Positions 54,587-64,000 of a stretch of 64,000 nt of DNA are shown here, piece by piece; position 1 is the stretch's first letter, and every line of letters starts with the position of its first letter. This stretch comes from Oceanispirochaeta sp. (GTDB lineage: Bacteria > Spirochaetota > Spirochaetia > DSM-2461). Where the stretch lies: positions 1,248,001 to 1,312,000 of the forward strand of contig CAXXXD010000002.1 in NCBI GenBank assembly GCA_963663385.2, read 5' to 3'. The notes beneath the pieces were generated by a model that saw only the letters and a list, made by a program, of their open reading frames with translations, did no database searches and was not told where the DNA came from. Position numbers and translations under genes: made by a program.

Positions 54587-54716
54587 GCAAATTCAGCAAT
54601 GTATGAAATATTGTGATGCTTAAATCAGGATGATTTTTGACAGGATATATTCTCAATACATGGATATTCTGATAAAGGGTTGTATATTGATGGCATCATA
54701 AATGTTTGGAGATACT

Positions 54717-55499
54717 ATGAAAAAAATTGTCTTATGTATACTGATAACGTTTTCCGTGATATTGTCAGCAAACGCAGCAACCCTGAAAGGTATGTCATTA
54801 AACGGATCCACCGGGCTTGTCAGTATCCCTTCCGGAAGAATCGGCTGGGAGAAAAGTACCGATTTCGGTTTTGATCTCGGATACCATGCCATTATGGATG
54901 ATGACATTAATATCCATATCCCCAAAGCTTCCATCAGTCTTTTTAAAATGGCCGAATTGGGATTCGCCTATGATTCTCAGGATGATCCTGATAATGCGGA
55001 TATGATTATTAATGGTAAGCTCCAGCTTCCCATAAAGGGGAATTCGGCTGTAGCAATCGGCGGAAATGCACAGATGCTGAAACAGAATGATGTTGACAGC
55101 AATATAACCCAGATTTATCTGGCTGTAACTTATCCGGGGGAGTTTTTCAATATGCCTGCAGAAACCACTGCGGTAGTCGGAAAACGCTTTGGAGAGAATG
55201 CTCCTGATGATGCCATTGACTTCGGGATGGGATTTGACTTGAATCTCTTTCCCAAAACATTTCAGGGGTATATCCACTGGATAAATGATTTTTCCAATTT
55301 CTCATATCAGTCCCAGGCTTTTTACGGAGCAAATGCTGATTCGAGAGGAGTTTTTAATACAGGAATCAGAATTGATTTTGCCAGTATACCCGAATTGTCA
55401 AAATACAAGTTTGCCGTGGATGCTATCGTGACAGATGCCCTTGACGATAACCGGGCGTTTTGCCTTGGACTCGCTTTCGGAGCACCTTTAGGGAATTAA
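54717..55499 (+). CDS. Putative outer membrane beta-barrel protein
   Basis: Signal peptide; SLNGSTGLVSIPS resembles YjbH-type barrel start; amphipathic strands. Confidence 0.55.
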   Translation: MKKIVLCILITFSVILSANAATLKGMSLNGSTGLVSIPSGRIGWEKSTDFGFDLGYHAIMDDDINIHIPKASISLFKMAELGFAYDSQDDPDNADMIINGKLQLPIKGNSAVAIGGNAQMLKQNDVDSNITQIYLAVTYPGEFFNMPAETTAVVGKRFGENAPDDAIDFGMGFDLNLFPKTFQGYIHWINDFSNFSYQSQAFYGANADSRGVFNTGIRIDFASIPELSKYKFAVDAIVTDALDDNRAFCLGLAFGAPLGN

Positions 55500-55511
55500 A
55501 AAAATACTAAT

Positions 55512-55564
55512 GGGATACTGCTGCAAAAGGTATTTTCTTGCAGCAGGATCCTCTCTGTTTTTTT
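55512..55564 (+). terminator. Probable terminator hairpin
   Basis: GGAT-A-CTGCTGCAA...TTGCAGCAG-G-ATCC followed by T tract. Confidence 0.55.
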
Positions 55565-55694
55565 ATATGGTGACAGAATATAAAGACAGTTTTATATATG
55601 TTTAACCCATAAAGAATCTATTTCCGCAAATTTCCACTGTCCCCTATCTGTTCTGTATCTTTCCGTTAATCTGCCTTTTCGATAGAATAGCCTT

Positions 55695-56171
55695 ATGAAA
55701 AGGACTGTATTGATTTTCTGGTTTTGTACTTCAGGTTTTCTATCTATTCTGGCAGCTCAGGATTCCCCCGGTATTGCCGGTTTTCTGAATGAGTATGCTT
55801 CCCTTCTCGGTATGACAATAGATCAGGCCTATGAAAAATTCGGTTCTCCCGATCATCTGTACACATATCAGAATGAACGGGATGCTGCAGGAAGCGTTGT
55901 TTTTTCCTATGCCAGCTCCTTTTCTTTTTTCTGGGTAGATGACCGGGTCTGGCAGCTGCGTCTGGATGAAGCTTTCAGTGATCCGGAACATCCTCTTCTT
56001 ATCGGTCAGCCTATGGGGCGCTTCCTTTCTGAATGGGGTGAGCCTGTCTATAAAAACGGAGAGCTTCTGATATATGAAGTGGCCGATGCGGATTTCCCCA
56101 TCCGCTGCGCCCTTTATTTTAATGAAGCGGATATCCTGATTGATCTCTATCTGTTCAGGAGCGATTACTGA
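55695..56171 (+). CDS. Hypothetical exported protein
   Basis: Signal peptide; two G-x-P repeats; TAGAAT 6 nt before ATG; stop overlaps next start. Confidence 0.6.
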   Translation: MKRTVLIFWFCTSGFLSILAAQDSPGIAGFLNEYASLLGMTIDQAYEKFGSPDHLYTYQNERDAAGSVVFSYASSFSFFWVDDRVWQLRLDEAFSDPEHPLLIGQPMGRFLSEWGEPVYKNGELLIYEVADADFPIRCALYFNEADILIDLYLFRSDY

Positions 56172-57613
56172 TGACACGTTTATGTCTGACCCTGAGCGCT
56201 GACACGCTGGAGGAGAATCTTCAAATACTCGGGGAAAACAAGCCGGATATGGCCGAACTCCGGGTAGATTTTCTGGATCCGGGATGCGCCGGATCTATTG
56301 TCGAATTTTCCAGAGATATAAGGATTCCCCTGATTTTAACCTGTCGTAAAACCGCAGACGGCGGTGTCTGGAAAGGGTCGGATAAGGAACGGGAGGAGTA
56401 CCTTCTGAGCTGCCTGGAAGGTGATTTTGATTTTATTGACCTGGAAGAGGATGAAACATCCGCTGCATTAAGGGAAAAAGCCTCTGAGCGGGGATGCAGA
56501 ATTATCCGGTCATTTCATGATTTTGAAAAAGTCCCGGAAAATCTGGAAGAGAGGCTTCAGGTCATGGAAAAGCAGGGGGATCTGGTAAAAGCCGCTGTAA
56601 TGCCGACGGGCATCGCCGACCTGTATCGTCTGTTCCGTATAGGAAGGGAATGGAAGAAGGATAATCTGATTCTGCTGGGGATGGGCGATTACGGTGTCCC
56701 CTCACGTATCCTCGCTTCCCGGATGAACAGTTTCCTTACTTTCTGTTCCCCCAGGGGAAAATCCGCTGCTCCGGGGCATATGAGTCCGGATGTTCTCCGG
56801 GGTATCTACCGGGTGGACAAACTGGATGGAAAAACCCGTTTATACGGTATTATAGGGAATCCGGTGCTTCATACACGTTCCCCCCGGATCCATAATGACG
56901 GACTGGCCGCAACGGGGCAGAATGGGATCTATGTCCCCTTTACTGTTGATGATCCGGAAGAATTTTTCAAGCTGGCCCGTTTTCTGGGCATCAGAGGATT
57001 TTCTGTTACAGTTCCCCATAAACAATCGGTTCTGGCTCTTCTCGACCGGCAGGATGATGCGGTTAGGAAAATAGGGGCCTGTAATACGGTTGTCAGGGAA
57101 GGTAACTCCTGGTGCGGGTACAATACGGATGCGACGGGATTTATAATCCCCCTCAAGAGGAAGAAAGGAAATCTTAAAGGATTGAAGGCCGCTGTTCTGG
57201 GAGCTGGAGGTGCGTCCCGTTCGGCTGTGTATGCCCTGGTCCGGGAAGGCTGTGAGACTGTCGTCTATAATAGAACCGGGAGCAAAGCCGCTGCTCTGGC
57301 TGAAGAGATGGGCTGTTTGTCCGGATCTCTTGAAGATTTCTGTTCCCTGCTTCCGGGATCTTTTGATCTGATAATACAGACGACGAGTTCAGGGATGGAA
57401 GGATCTTCATCGGACAATCCTGTCCCGAACTATGAGTTTGCCGGAAATGAGTTGGTTTACGATATTATCTACACCCCTCCTGTCACACCTTTTATGGATA
57501 AGGCAGAACAGGCTGGATGCCCCGTACTGGGAGGCTGGCCCATGCTTGTGGAACAGGCCCGGGAGCAGTTTCGTTTATTTACAGGAAAAACCCTGCCGCC
57601 GCAAAACTCTTAA
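56171..57613 (+). CDS. aroDE: Bifunctional type I 3-dehydroquinate dehydratase / shikimate dehydrogenase
   Basis: ELRVD, SFHDF, KAAVMP, SAAPG then GNPVLHTRSP, SVTVPHK, GACNT, NTD, GAGGASR, DIIYTP. Confidence 0.9.
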   Translation: MTRLCLTLSADTLEENLQILGENKPDMAELRVDFLDPGCAGSIVEFSRDIRIPLILTCRKTADGGVWKGSDKEREEYLLSCLEGDFDFIDLEEDETSAALREKASERGCRIIRSFHDFEKVPENLEERLQVMEKQGDLVKAAVMPTGIADLYRLFRIGREWKKDNLILLGMGDYGVPSRILASRMNSFLTFCSPRGKSAAPGHMSPDVLRGIYRVDKLDGKTRLYGIIGNPVLHTRSPRIHNDGLAATGQNGIYVPFTVDDPEEFFKLARFLGIRGFSVTVPHKQSVLALLDRQDDAVRKIGACNTVVREGNSWCGYNTDATGFIIPLKRKKGNLKGLKAAVLGAGGASRSAVYALVREGCETVVYNRTGSKAAALAEEMGCLSGSLEDFCSLLPGSFDLIIQTTSSGMEGSSSDNPVPNYEFAGNELVYDIIYTPPVTPFMDKAEQAGCPVLGGWPMLVEQAREQFRLFTGKTLPPQNS

Positions 57614-57861
57614 AACCCCAGTGATGTCATAAGGATAATCATTATAACACAGAACAATACTCCCCCGAATGTGACAATCCCTGTAATCCAGACAACAGCC
57701 CGGTCAAAATCATTCAGGGCATCGGGGCCTTTCGGTTTTCTGTTCTTGAAGGGACTTTTTTTCCCTAATTTCTTTATTCTATCGATAAAGGACATCTTTC
57801 CCGCAGATACATCTGCTTTTTGGGGAAGAACCTCTTCATTCTCAATTATTTCTTCTGTCAT
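57610..57861 (-). CDS. Small hypothetical protein with C-terminal TM helix
   Basis: Charged N-terminus, single hydrophobic C-terminal segment; start uncertain (57861 or 57879). Confidence 0.55.
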   Translation of the reverse strand: MTEEIIENEEVLPQKADVSAGKMSFIDRIKKLGKKSPFKNRKPKGPDALNDFDRAVVWITGIVTFGGVLFCVIMIILMTSLGF

Positions 57862-57962
57862 ATCTATTCCCGGCTCCAATCATAACCCTTTTTATTCGGA
57901 CAGTAAAGGTATCTTTTGCACTCCGGTGCGAAGATGACTGATAATTAAGGCAGGGGGTATCC

Positions 57963-58937
57963 ATGTATAGCGCTGTTTTGCTGGCCGGATATAACAACAG
58001 GAGGGCAGTTGAAAAGTACAGCCGTATTGTTGCCGAATCCTACCATGAAAAATTCATTGAAACAGGGTACAAACCGCTGCGGGAATTTTCCCTTCATTAC
58101 CATGGCAGGCATGTGACAAAACCACTGATACTCTTTACCCTTGAAGAGCTTTTCCGGGATGAGCTGATCGGGGATATTGTGATTGTCGGGCATAAGTCCC
58201 TTCTGGAAGCCCGTCTGGGAGATTTCCTTGAATCTCAGGAAAAATCATGGGTTATTGTGGATCAGAACAAATCCCTCTCTCCTGAACTTGTTGAGGATTT
58301 CCATATCAGGACTAAAACATTTGCCCCTGATTCGGTGGGAGGAAATATCCTTAAGGGATATGCCGCCGCCAGGGCTTTCCGGACCAGGGATAAAGCCCTC
58401 TTCGCTGCTTCTGATTCACCCATGACCCGGGCAGGTTTTATCAATGCTTTTCTGAAAGGTTCCGGGATGTTTCCCGAGGAGGCTGCCCTGATTCTACCGG
58501 CTGTCCCTGTTGGAACTAAACACGACAGGATGGGACGGCGCCCCCTTCTGCTGCTGAATGACAGCGGTGTAAACCTGCCCTGTCACAGAGACCGTTACGG
58601 GCGCTGCGGATTCAGGCTTTCTTCCCTGATCCTGTGTAACCTGTATAGATTGGATGTAAACAGGATCAACGATGTATACAGTCTGCGGAAAGCTCTCAGC
58701 CCGAAGGTCCAATTCCAGATTTTCAGAATATGCCGTGATCTGGGGTATCCCGGGATTTACAGCAAATACTTCAGGAAAAAGGATCTCTCCGTAGGGGAGT
58801 GCGAGAATATTCTCTCCGGTTTTCTGAAAGGGCGGGTAAAGGCACTTCCCATTAAAGGAGAGGAAACCACTTACGATTATGACGGGACAGCAAAAGAGTT
58901 GAAACTTATTACACGTATGCTGCGGAGAAAAATCTGA
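57963..58937 (+). CDS. Nucleotidyltransferase (MobA/NTP_transf-like GT-A fold) family protein
   Basis: AVLLAG, KPL, IVIVG, ASDSP, C-terminal DYD. Confidence 0.55.
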   Translation: MYSAVLLAGYNNRRAVEKYSRIVAESYHEKFIETGYKPLREFSLHYHGRHVTKPLILFTLEELFRDELIGDIVIVGHKSLLEARLGDFLESQEKSWVIVDQNKSLSPELVEDFHIRTKTFAPDSVGGNILKGYAAARAFRTRDKALFAASDSPMTRAGFINAFLKGSGMFPEEAALILPAVPVGTKHDRMGRRPLLLLNDSGVNLPCHRDRYGRCGFRLSSLILCNLYRLDVNRINDVYSLRKALSPKVQFQIFRICRDLGYPGIYSKYFRKKDLSVGECENILSGFLKGRVKALPIKGEETTYDYDGTAKELKLITRMLRRKI

Positions 58938-58953
58938 AAAGTATTTCTTTGTT

Positions 58954-59002
58954 ATTGATCTATTCATAAATAAGGGTGTAGAATATTTCTGAATAGATCA
59001 AT
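58954..59002. repeat. 19-bp inverted repeat (one mismatch) upstream of gcvT
   Basis: ATTGATCTATTCAtAAATA-11 nt-TATTTcTGAATAGATCAAT. Confidence 0.8.
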
Positions 59003-59041
59003 CATTTGCAAAATAATAGATGATAAGGTAAGGGGTCAGAC

Positions 59042-60139
59042 ATGAAGAAAACTGCGCTTTATACCAGCCATACCGGGGCGGGAGCAAAAATGGTTCCCTT
59101 CGCAGGATGGGAAATGCCTCTCTACTACCCGAATGGAGCAACCGAAGAACACCGTCTGGTGCGAAGAAGCGCCGGATTGTTTGATGTTTCCCATATGGGT
59201 ACTTTTGAAATCCGTGGAAAGGGGAGTACTGACTACCTTAACAGGATGATTACATCGGGCATCCATAGGCTGGAAACGGGAATGTCCGGATACGGTGTTC
59301 TTCTGAATGAAAAGGGAACTATCCTGGATGATATATTCCTCTATCATACGGGAGAGGATGAGTGGGTTCTGGTTGTAAATGCCTCCAATCTTGAAAAAGA
59401 CTGGAAATGGCTGAAAAGCCATGTTGGGGATTTTGACTGTATCCTGACTGATGTTTCTTCCGATACATCCCTGCTGGCTCTTCAGGGACCTTCTGTTATC
59501 AGCTGTCTGAGCCAACTGACAGGTGAAGACCTGAGCGGCTGGACCCGTTTCGGTATCCGGGAACTGACGATTGAAGGCATCTCTTTCCGCAGCGGACGCA
59601 CCGGGTATACCGGCGAAGACGGAGTGGAAATCTTTGTTTCAAATGAATCAGCCCCTGAGTTATGGGAGCTTCTGCTTGAGAAAGGGGGAGCCTATTGTGA
59701 GATCGGTCCCTGCGGCCTGGCAGCCAGAGACAGCCTGCGCTTCGAACCGGGCTTCCCCCTGTACGGACATGAGCTGGACGAAACGGTAATGCCTCCCGAG
59801 GCCCTGTTAAAGTGGGCCTGTGATTTTGATACCGATTTTATCGGTAAGGCTCCGGTTGAAGCTCTTCTGGAAAAAGGACTGACCCGGAAACTGATTACTT
59901 TCAAGCTGATAGATAAGGGTGTCCCCCGGGAGGGTTATGAGATCCTCTCTGCAGAAGGGGACGGTATTGGAAAGGTTGTCAGCGGGCTCTATGCTCCAAC
60001 CGCCGATCTTTATTGCGGTAATGGTTATGTTCCTCTGGAATATGCCGGAGTTGGAACAGAAATCGGCATCAGTGTCAGGGGGCGGGTTAAAAAAGCTGAG
60101 GTGGTTAAACGGCCTCTGTATAGACCGGCTTACCGTTAA
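59042..60139 (+). CDS. gcvT: Glycine cleavage system aminomethyltransferase T
   Basis: PFAGWEMP, GLFDVSHMG, RTGYTGEDGVE, ARDSLRFE. Confidence 0.96.
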   Translation: MKKTALYTSHTGAGAKMVPFAGWEMPLYYPNGATEEHRLVRRSAGLFDVSHMGTFEIRGKGSTDYLNRMITSGIHRLETGMSGYGVLLNEKGTILDDIFLYHTGEDEWVLVVNASNLEKDWKWLKSHVGDFDCILTDVSSDTSLLALQGPSVISCLSQLTGEDLSGWTRFGIRELTIEGISFRSGRTGYTGEDGVEIFVSNESAPELWELLLEKGGAYCEIGPCGLAARDSLRFEPGFPLYGHELDETVMPPEALLKWACDFDTDFIGKAPVEALLEKGLTRKLITFKLIDKGVPREGYEILSAEGDGIGKVVSGLYAPTADLYCGNGYVPLEYAGVGTEIGISVRGRVKKAEVVKRPLYRPAYR

Positions 60140-60184
60140 TTCTTATAGTGAATAAAAAGAACTTATTGAGGAGAGGTTTTAATT

Positions 60185-60559
60185 ATGGATATCAGGTATG
60201 CAAAATCCCATGAATGGGCCGCCAGGGAAGGTGATCTTTATGTGTGCGGACTCAGCGATTATGCTCAGGAAAAAATAGGGGATGTGGTTTTTGTAGAACT
60301 GCCGGAAGTCGGTAAAGAGGTTATTCAGGGCGAAACATTTGGTGTTATTGAATCTGTAAAAGCTGCCAATGATCTATACAGCCCTCTGAACGGTGAAGTT
60401 GTGGAAGTCAACGAAGAACTGGAAGATCAGCCTGAACTGGTTAACTCTTCCCCTCTGGGAGAGGGATGGATCTGTAAGGTGAAAATGAGTGACGACAGCT
60501 TCAATAATCTTATGAACGAAGAAGAATACAACGCTTTCCTGGAAGAACAGGACGACTAA
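60185..60559 (+). CDS. gcvH: Glycine cleavage system H protein
   Basis: SHEW, GDVVFVELP, IESVKAA lipoyl Lys. Confidence 0.96.
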   Translation: MDIRYAKSHEWAAREGDLYVCGLSDYAQEKIGDVVFVELPEVGKEVIQGETFGVIESVKAANDLYSPLNGEVVEVNEELEDQPELVNSSPLGEGWICKVKMSDDSFNNLMNEEEYNAFLEEQDD

Positions 60560-60571
60560 GGGAGTACTTTT

Positions 60572-61873
60572 GTGAGTTATACGCCTCATACCCGGTCAGA
60601 CCGGGAAAAAATGATGGAATTCATTGGGATTGACAGTCTGGATGAACTGTTTCAGCCGATTCCCGAAACCCATCGCTATCCGGAATTATCCCTCAGGAAA
60701 GGCCGCTCCGAACAGGAGGTGCTGAAAGAGCTTCGCTCTCTGGCGGATAAAAATACCACTGCCGCCAATACCAGCTGGTTTCTGGGAGGAGGCGTATATC
60801 GTCATTATATTCCTTCCCTTGTGGACAGTATCCTGTCCAGGGGTGAGTTCTTCACCGCCTATACCCCGTATCAGCCGGAAGTCAGCCAGGGAACACTCCA
60901 GGCGATTTTTGAGTTTCAAACCATGGTGGCGGAGCTTTACGGCATGGAAGTTGTCAATGCGTCCCACTATGACGGAGCAACCGCCATGGCAGAAGCGGCT
61001 CTGATGGCTCTCCGCTGCAGGAGCGGACGGAAAAAAATCCTTCTGGATGAAGGGATTCATCCGGAATACAGGGAAGTGCTGGAAACATACCTCAGCGGAT
61101 CCGACGGCTATATCGGAGAGGGGGAGGTGGATAGTGAAACCGCCTGTTTTATTACGGCCTTTCCCTCTTTTACAGGAGAATTGAAGGACCTGAAGGCCCT
61201 GGGAGAAAAGGTCCATGCGGAAAATGCGCTTTTTCTAGTCCATGCGGATCCTCTGGCCTGCGGACTGTTTATTCCTCCCGGGGAGTGCGGCGCCGATATC
61301 GTTACAGGAGAGGGACAGCCTCTGGGTATTGCCATGAACAGCGGCGGTCCGCTGCTGGGACTCTTTGCCACAACAAAAAAGCTGATAAGGAAAATGCCCG
61401 GCCGTGTGGTGGGGCAAACCAGTGACAATGCCGGAAAAACCGGATGTGTGCTGACCTTTTCTGCACGGGAACAGCATATCCGCCGGGAAAAGGCCACCAG
61501 TAATATCTGTTCCAATCAGGGGCTGATGGCTCTGGCGGCTGCCGTATATATGGCAGCTATGGGGAAACAGGGAATCTGTGATACCGCCAGGCTCTGTTAT
61601 GACAAGACAGCTTATGCCGCCTCACTCATCAACAGTCTGGAAGGATTTTCTGTGGATCTCTCAAAAAAACGGTTCCGGGAAATAGAGGTGACCTGTCCTG
61701 TGGATGCGGATATTCTGGCGGATAAGCTGAGAGAAAAAGGGATAATTGCCGGGCTGCCTCTGGGGAGCTTTGACAGGGACAAAGAGAATGTCCTCCTTGT
61801 CTGTGTGACAGAAATGAACGATAAGGAAGAGATTGATAATCTGGCAAAAGCCATGAAGGAGGCTGTTCTATGA
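60572..61873 (+). CDS. gcvPA: Glycine dehydrogenase subunit 1
   Basis: TAYTPYQPEVSQG, NASHYDGA, REQHIRREKATSNICSNQ. Confidence 0.96.
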   Translation: MSYTPHTRSDREKMMEFIGIDSLDELFQPIPETHRYPELSLRKGRSEQEVLKELRSLADKNTTAANTSWFLGGGVYRHYIPSLVDSILSRGEFFTAYTPYQPEVSQGTLQAIFEFQTMVAELYGMEVVNASHYDGATAMAEAALMALRCRSGRKKILLDEGIHPEYREVLETYLSGSDGYIGEGEVDSETACFITAFPSFTGELKDLKALGEKVHAENALFLVHADPLACGLFIPPGECGADIVTGEGQPLGIAMNSGGPLLGLFATTKKLIRKMPGRVVGQTSDNAGKTGCVLTFSAREQHIRREKATSNICSNQGLMALAAAVYMAAMGKQGICDTARLCYDKTAYAASLINSLEGFSVDLSKKRFREIEVTCPVDADILADKLREKGIIAGLPLGSFDRDKENVLLVCVTEMNDKEEIDNLAKAMKEAVL

Positions 61874-63324
61874 ATCAGGATAAAATATCCTCCCTCTGGG
61901 AGCTGAGCAAACCCGGCAGAAGGGCTGTTGAGGTTCCCGCTTCCGATGTGCCGGGAGCAGAACTGCCTGATGATCTGCTGCGCAGGGAGGCTCCGGATCT
62001 GCCTGAAGTCAGCACTCTGGATCTGGTCAGGCACTATACAAATCTGTCCCGCCTTAACTTCAGCATTGACTCTCATTTCTATCCCCTGGGTTCCTGTACC
62101 ATGAAGTACAATCCCCGGATAAATGAGAAAACAGCCCGGCTGGAAGGTTTTACAGAGTCTCATCCCTATCTGCCGGAATCAGAACTTCAGGGATCTATTG
62201 AGCTTATGTACAAGCTTCAGAACAATCTGGCCGAACTGGCCGGTTTTACAGCCTGCAGCCTTCAGCCGGCAGCCGGTGCTCACGGAGAGCTGGCCGGTGT
62301 TATGATGATCAAGAAATATCATGAATCCCGGGGGGATGCCGGGCGTACCCGTTTTCTGATTCCCGATTCTGCTCACGGTACCAATCCCGCTTCGGTTGCC
62401 ATGGCCGGCTATGAGGCTGTGGAGGTTCCTTCGGACGAACGGGGGAATATCAACCTTGAGAAATTGAAAGAGTTATGTGACTCTTCCATTGCGGGAATTA
62501 TGATTACCAATCCCAATACACTGGGGCTCTTTGAGGAGAGGATCCTGGAAGTGCTCGAAGCGGTTCATGCCTGCGGCGCTCTGGCTTACGGGGACGGAGC
62601 CAATTTCAATGCCATCATGGGGATTGTTAAACCCGGTGAACTGGGATTTGATGTAATGCACTATAATGTCCATAAAACCCTGAGTACCCCTCACGGGGGA
62701 GGCGGACCCGGGGCCGGCCCTGTTGGAGTCAACGACAAACTGAAGCCCTTTCTGCCCGGACCGATTGCCCTAAAAAATGAGGACCCCCGGGTCAAGGAAG
62801 AGTACAGTCTCTTTATGCCCGATGATTCCATGGGCCGGTTGAAAAGTTTTTATGGGAATTTCGGAGTTCTTGTCCGCGCCTACACCTACATTGTCTCCCT
62901 GGGAGCTGATGGTCTGAAAGAGGCTTCAGAGATGGCTGTTCTCAACGCCAACTATCTGATGGAGAAGGTCCGGGATGTTTTCCCCGCCTGGTATGACCGC
63001 CGCTGTATGCACGAATTCGTCTCTTCCGGAGAAAGCGCTCCCGACGGCATTCATACCATGGATATCGCCAAGCGGCTGATTGACTACGGGTTCCATCCGC
63101 CAACGGTTTACTTTCCCCTGATTGTTCCGGAAGCCCTTATGGTGGAGCCCACGGAAACAGAGAGTCTGGAAATGCTGGATGCTTTTTCCGATGCCCTCCA
63201 CGCCATAGCCGCGGAAGCTGTATCCAATCCGGACCTGCTTCATGAGGCACCCCATAAGGAGCTGGTGAACAGGCTGGATGAAGTGAAAGCTGTGCGGAAT
63301 CCCGTACTGACAGAAACAAAATAA
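61870..63324 (+). CDS. gcvPB: Glycine dehydrogenase subunit 2
   Basis: YPLGSCTMKYNP, QPAAGAHGE, NVHKTLSTPHGGGGPG, DYGFHPPT. Confidence 0.96.
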   Translation: MNQDKISSLWELSKPGRRAVEVPASDVPGAELPDDLLRREAPDLPEVSTLDLVRHYTNLSRLNFSIDSHFYPLGSCTMKYNPRINEKTARLEGFTESHPYLPESELQGSIELMYKLQNNLAELAGFTACSLQPAAGAHGELAGVMMIKKYHESRGDAGRTRFLIPDSAHGTNPASVAMAGYEAVEVPSDERGNINLEKLKELCDSSIAGIMITNPNTLGLFEERILEVLEAVHACGALAYGDGANFNAIMGIVKPGELGFDVMHYNVHKTLSTPHGGGGPGAGPVGVNDKLKPFLPGPIALKNEDPRVKEEYSLFMPDDSMGRLKSFYGNFGVLVRAYTYIVSLGADGLKEASEMAVLNANYLMEKVRDVFPAWYDRRCMHEFVSSGESAPDGIHTMDIAKRLIDYGFHPPTVYFPLIVPEALMVEPTETESLEMLDAFSDALHAIAAEAVSNPDLLHEAPHKELVNRLDEVKAVRNPVLTETK

Positions 63325-63348
63325 GGTTTGCAACAACAGCCCGGATCA

Positions 63349-63525
63349 AGACCCCTCTCGATCTCCCTCTGATTGCATAGGCGAGCAGGAAGCTTGCTTC
63401 CGACCAGCCCCTCAGGGGAGAAGTAAATTTGATTCCCCCTCCTCGAGGAGGGGGTTAGGGGGAGGTCTGGGAGCTGGCTGGTAAAACCCTCACCCTTTAA
63501 TTCCCTCTCCCAGAGGGAGAGGGAG
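63349..63525. repeat. Cluster of C/G-rich REP-like palindromes between convergent genes
   Basis: TCTCCCTCTGA...TCAGGGGAGA; CCCCCTCCTCGAGGAGGGGG; CCCTCACCC...TCCCTCTCCC-AGA-GGGAGAGGGA; outer AGACC...GGTCT. Confidence 0.75.
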
Positions 63526-63530
63526 TGTTA

Positions 63531-64000
63531 TTAAAACAGTGACGAACGGATCTTCCGTATCCGGCTGATTTTGCGGACGGGGCACTGAAAGGGCTTATCC
63601 GGAACTTCCGTGCCCGTCAGCATGGCCTGAGACTCTTTTTCCTGCTCCAGTGAACGGGGAATAATGCGATGGATTATCAGGTCATAATCATCTGTGGGCA
63701 GGGTAATTTCCAGCTGATAGGCTCTGTTTCCAAGAACAGACTGAATCATCCTCAGTTTTCCCTGATAGTCCAGACCTTTTACAGTGGTGATCTCCCGGCG
63801 TATCATCCCCGGACGGATCTGATCTTTCGCATAGACAACTCCCCGGGAGATTCTCCCTCTCATTTCCTCTTTCTCTTCATCGGAAAATTCTCCTTCCTTT
63901 TCCACGCAGTCAAACAGAGTCTGAAGTTCTTCGTCGGGAAGCGGGGGGATTAAATCCTCTTTCGTACCAGCTGTCCTGTCGGGAAAAAGGGAGGGGAGTG
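63531..64000 (-). CDS. C-terminal part of a conserved protein, possibly helicase-associated domain protein (start beyond right edge)
   Basis: Frame is open to the window edge; KGLDYQGKLRMI...KISRIRKIRSSLF; family call from recall only. Confidence 0.5.
   Translation of the reverse strand, partial: LPSLFPDRTAGTKEDLIPPLPDEELQTLFDCVEKEGEFSDEEKEEMRGRISRGVVYAKDQIRPGMIRREITTVKGLDYQGKLRMIQSVLGNRAYQLEITLPTDDYDLIIHRIIPRSLEQEKESQAMLTGTEVPDKPFQCPVRKISRIRKIRSSLF

Overview
Chromosomal window from a bacterium whose 16S/23S rRNA and gene content point to a free-living Spirochaetaceae member (inference from recall, no database search). It holds housekeeping genes (ettA, ispH, trxA, srkA, thrS with a Thr T-box, pgsA, an AlaX-type editing protein, fused aroD-aroE, gcvT-H-PA-PB), one complete rRNA operon (16S-tRNA-Ala-23S-5S), several peptidases (omptin, M3, M32, IadA, papain-like C1), a YtfQRT/YjfF-type sugar ABC locus with a two-component system plus a tandem-domain binding protein, and many exported hypothetical proteins. 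No transposase, integrase, phage gene or CRISPR array was seen. Most notable: (i) a sharp junction at 28620/28621 where a sigma54 activator and a divergent yfcC are both 5'-truncated; (ii) at least seven genes with a -10 box 6 nt before an SD-less ATG (probable leaderless mRNAs); (iii) a full T-box riboswitch in a spirochete; (iv) a duplicated 5S 3' end/terminator bracketing a structured 63-bp insert; (v) a possible three-component sugar-sensing system; (vi) a REP-like palindrome cluster near the right end.
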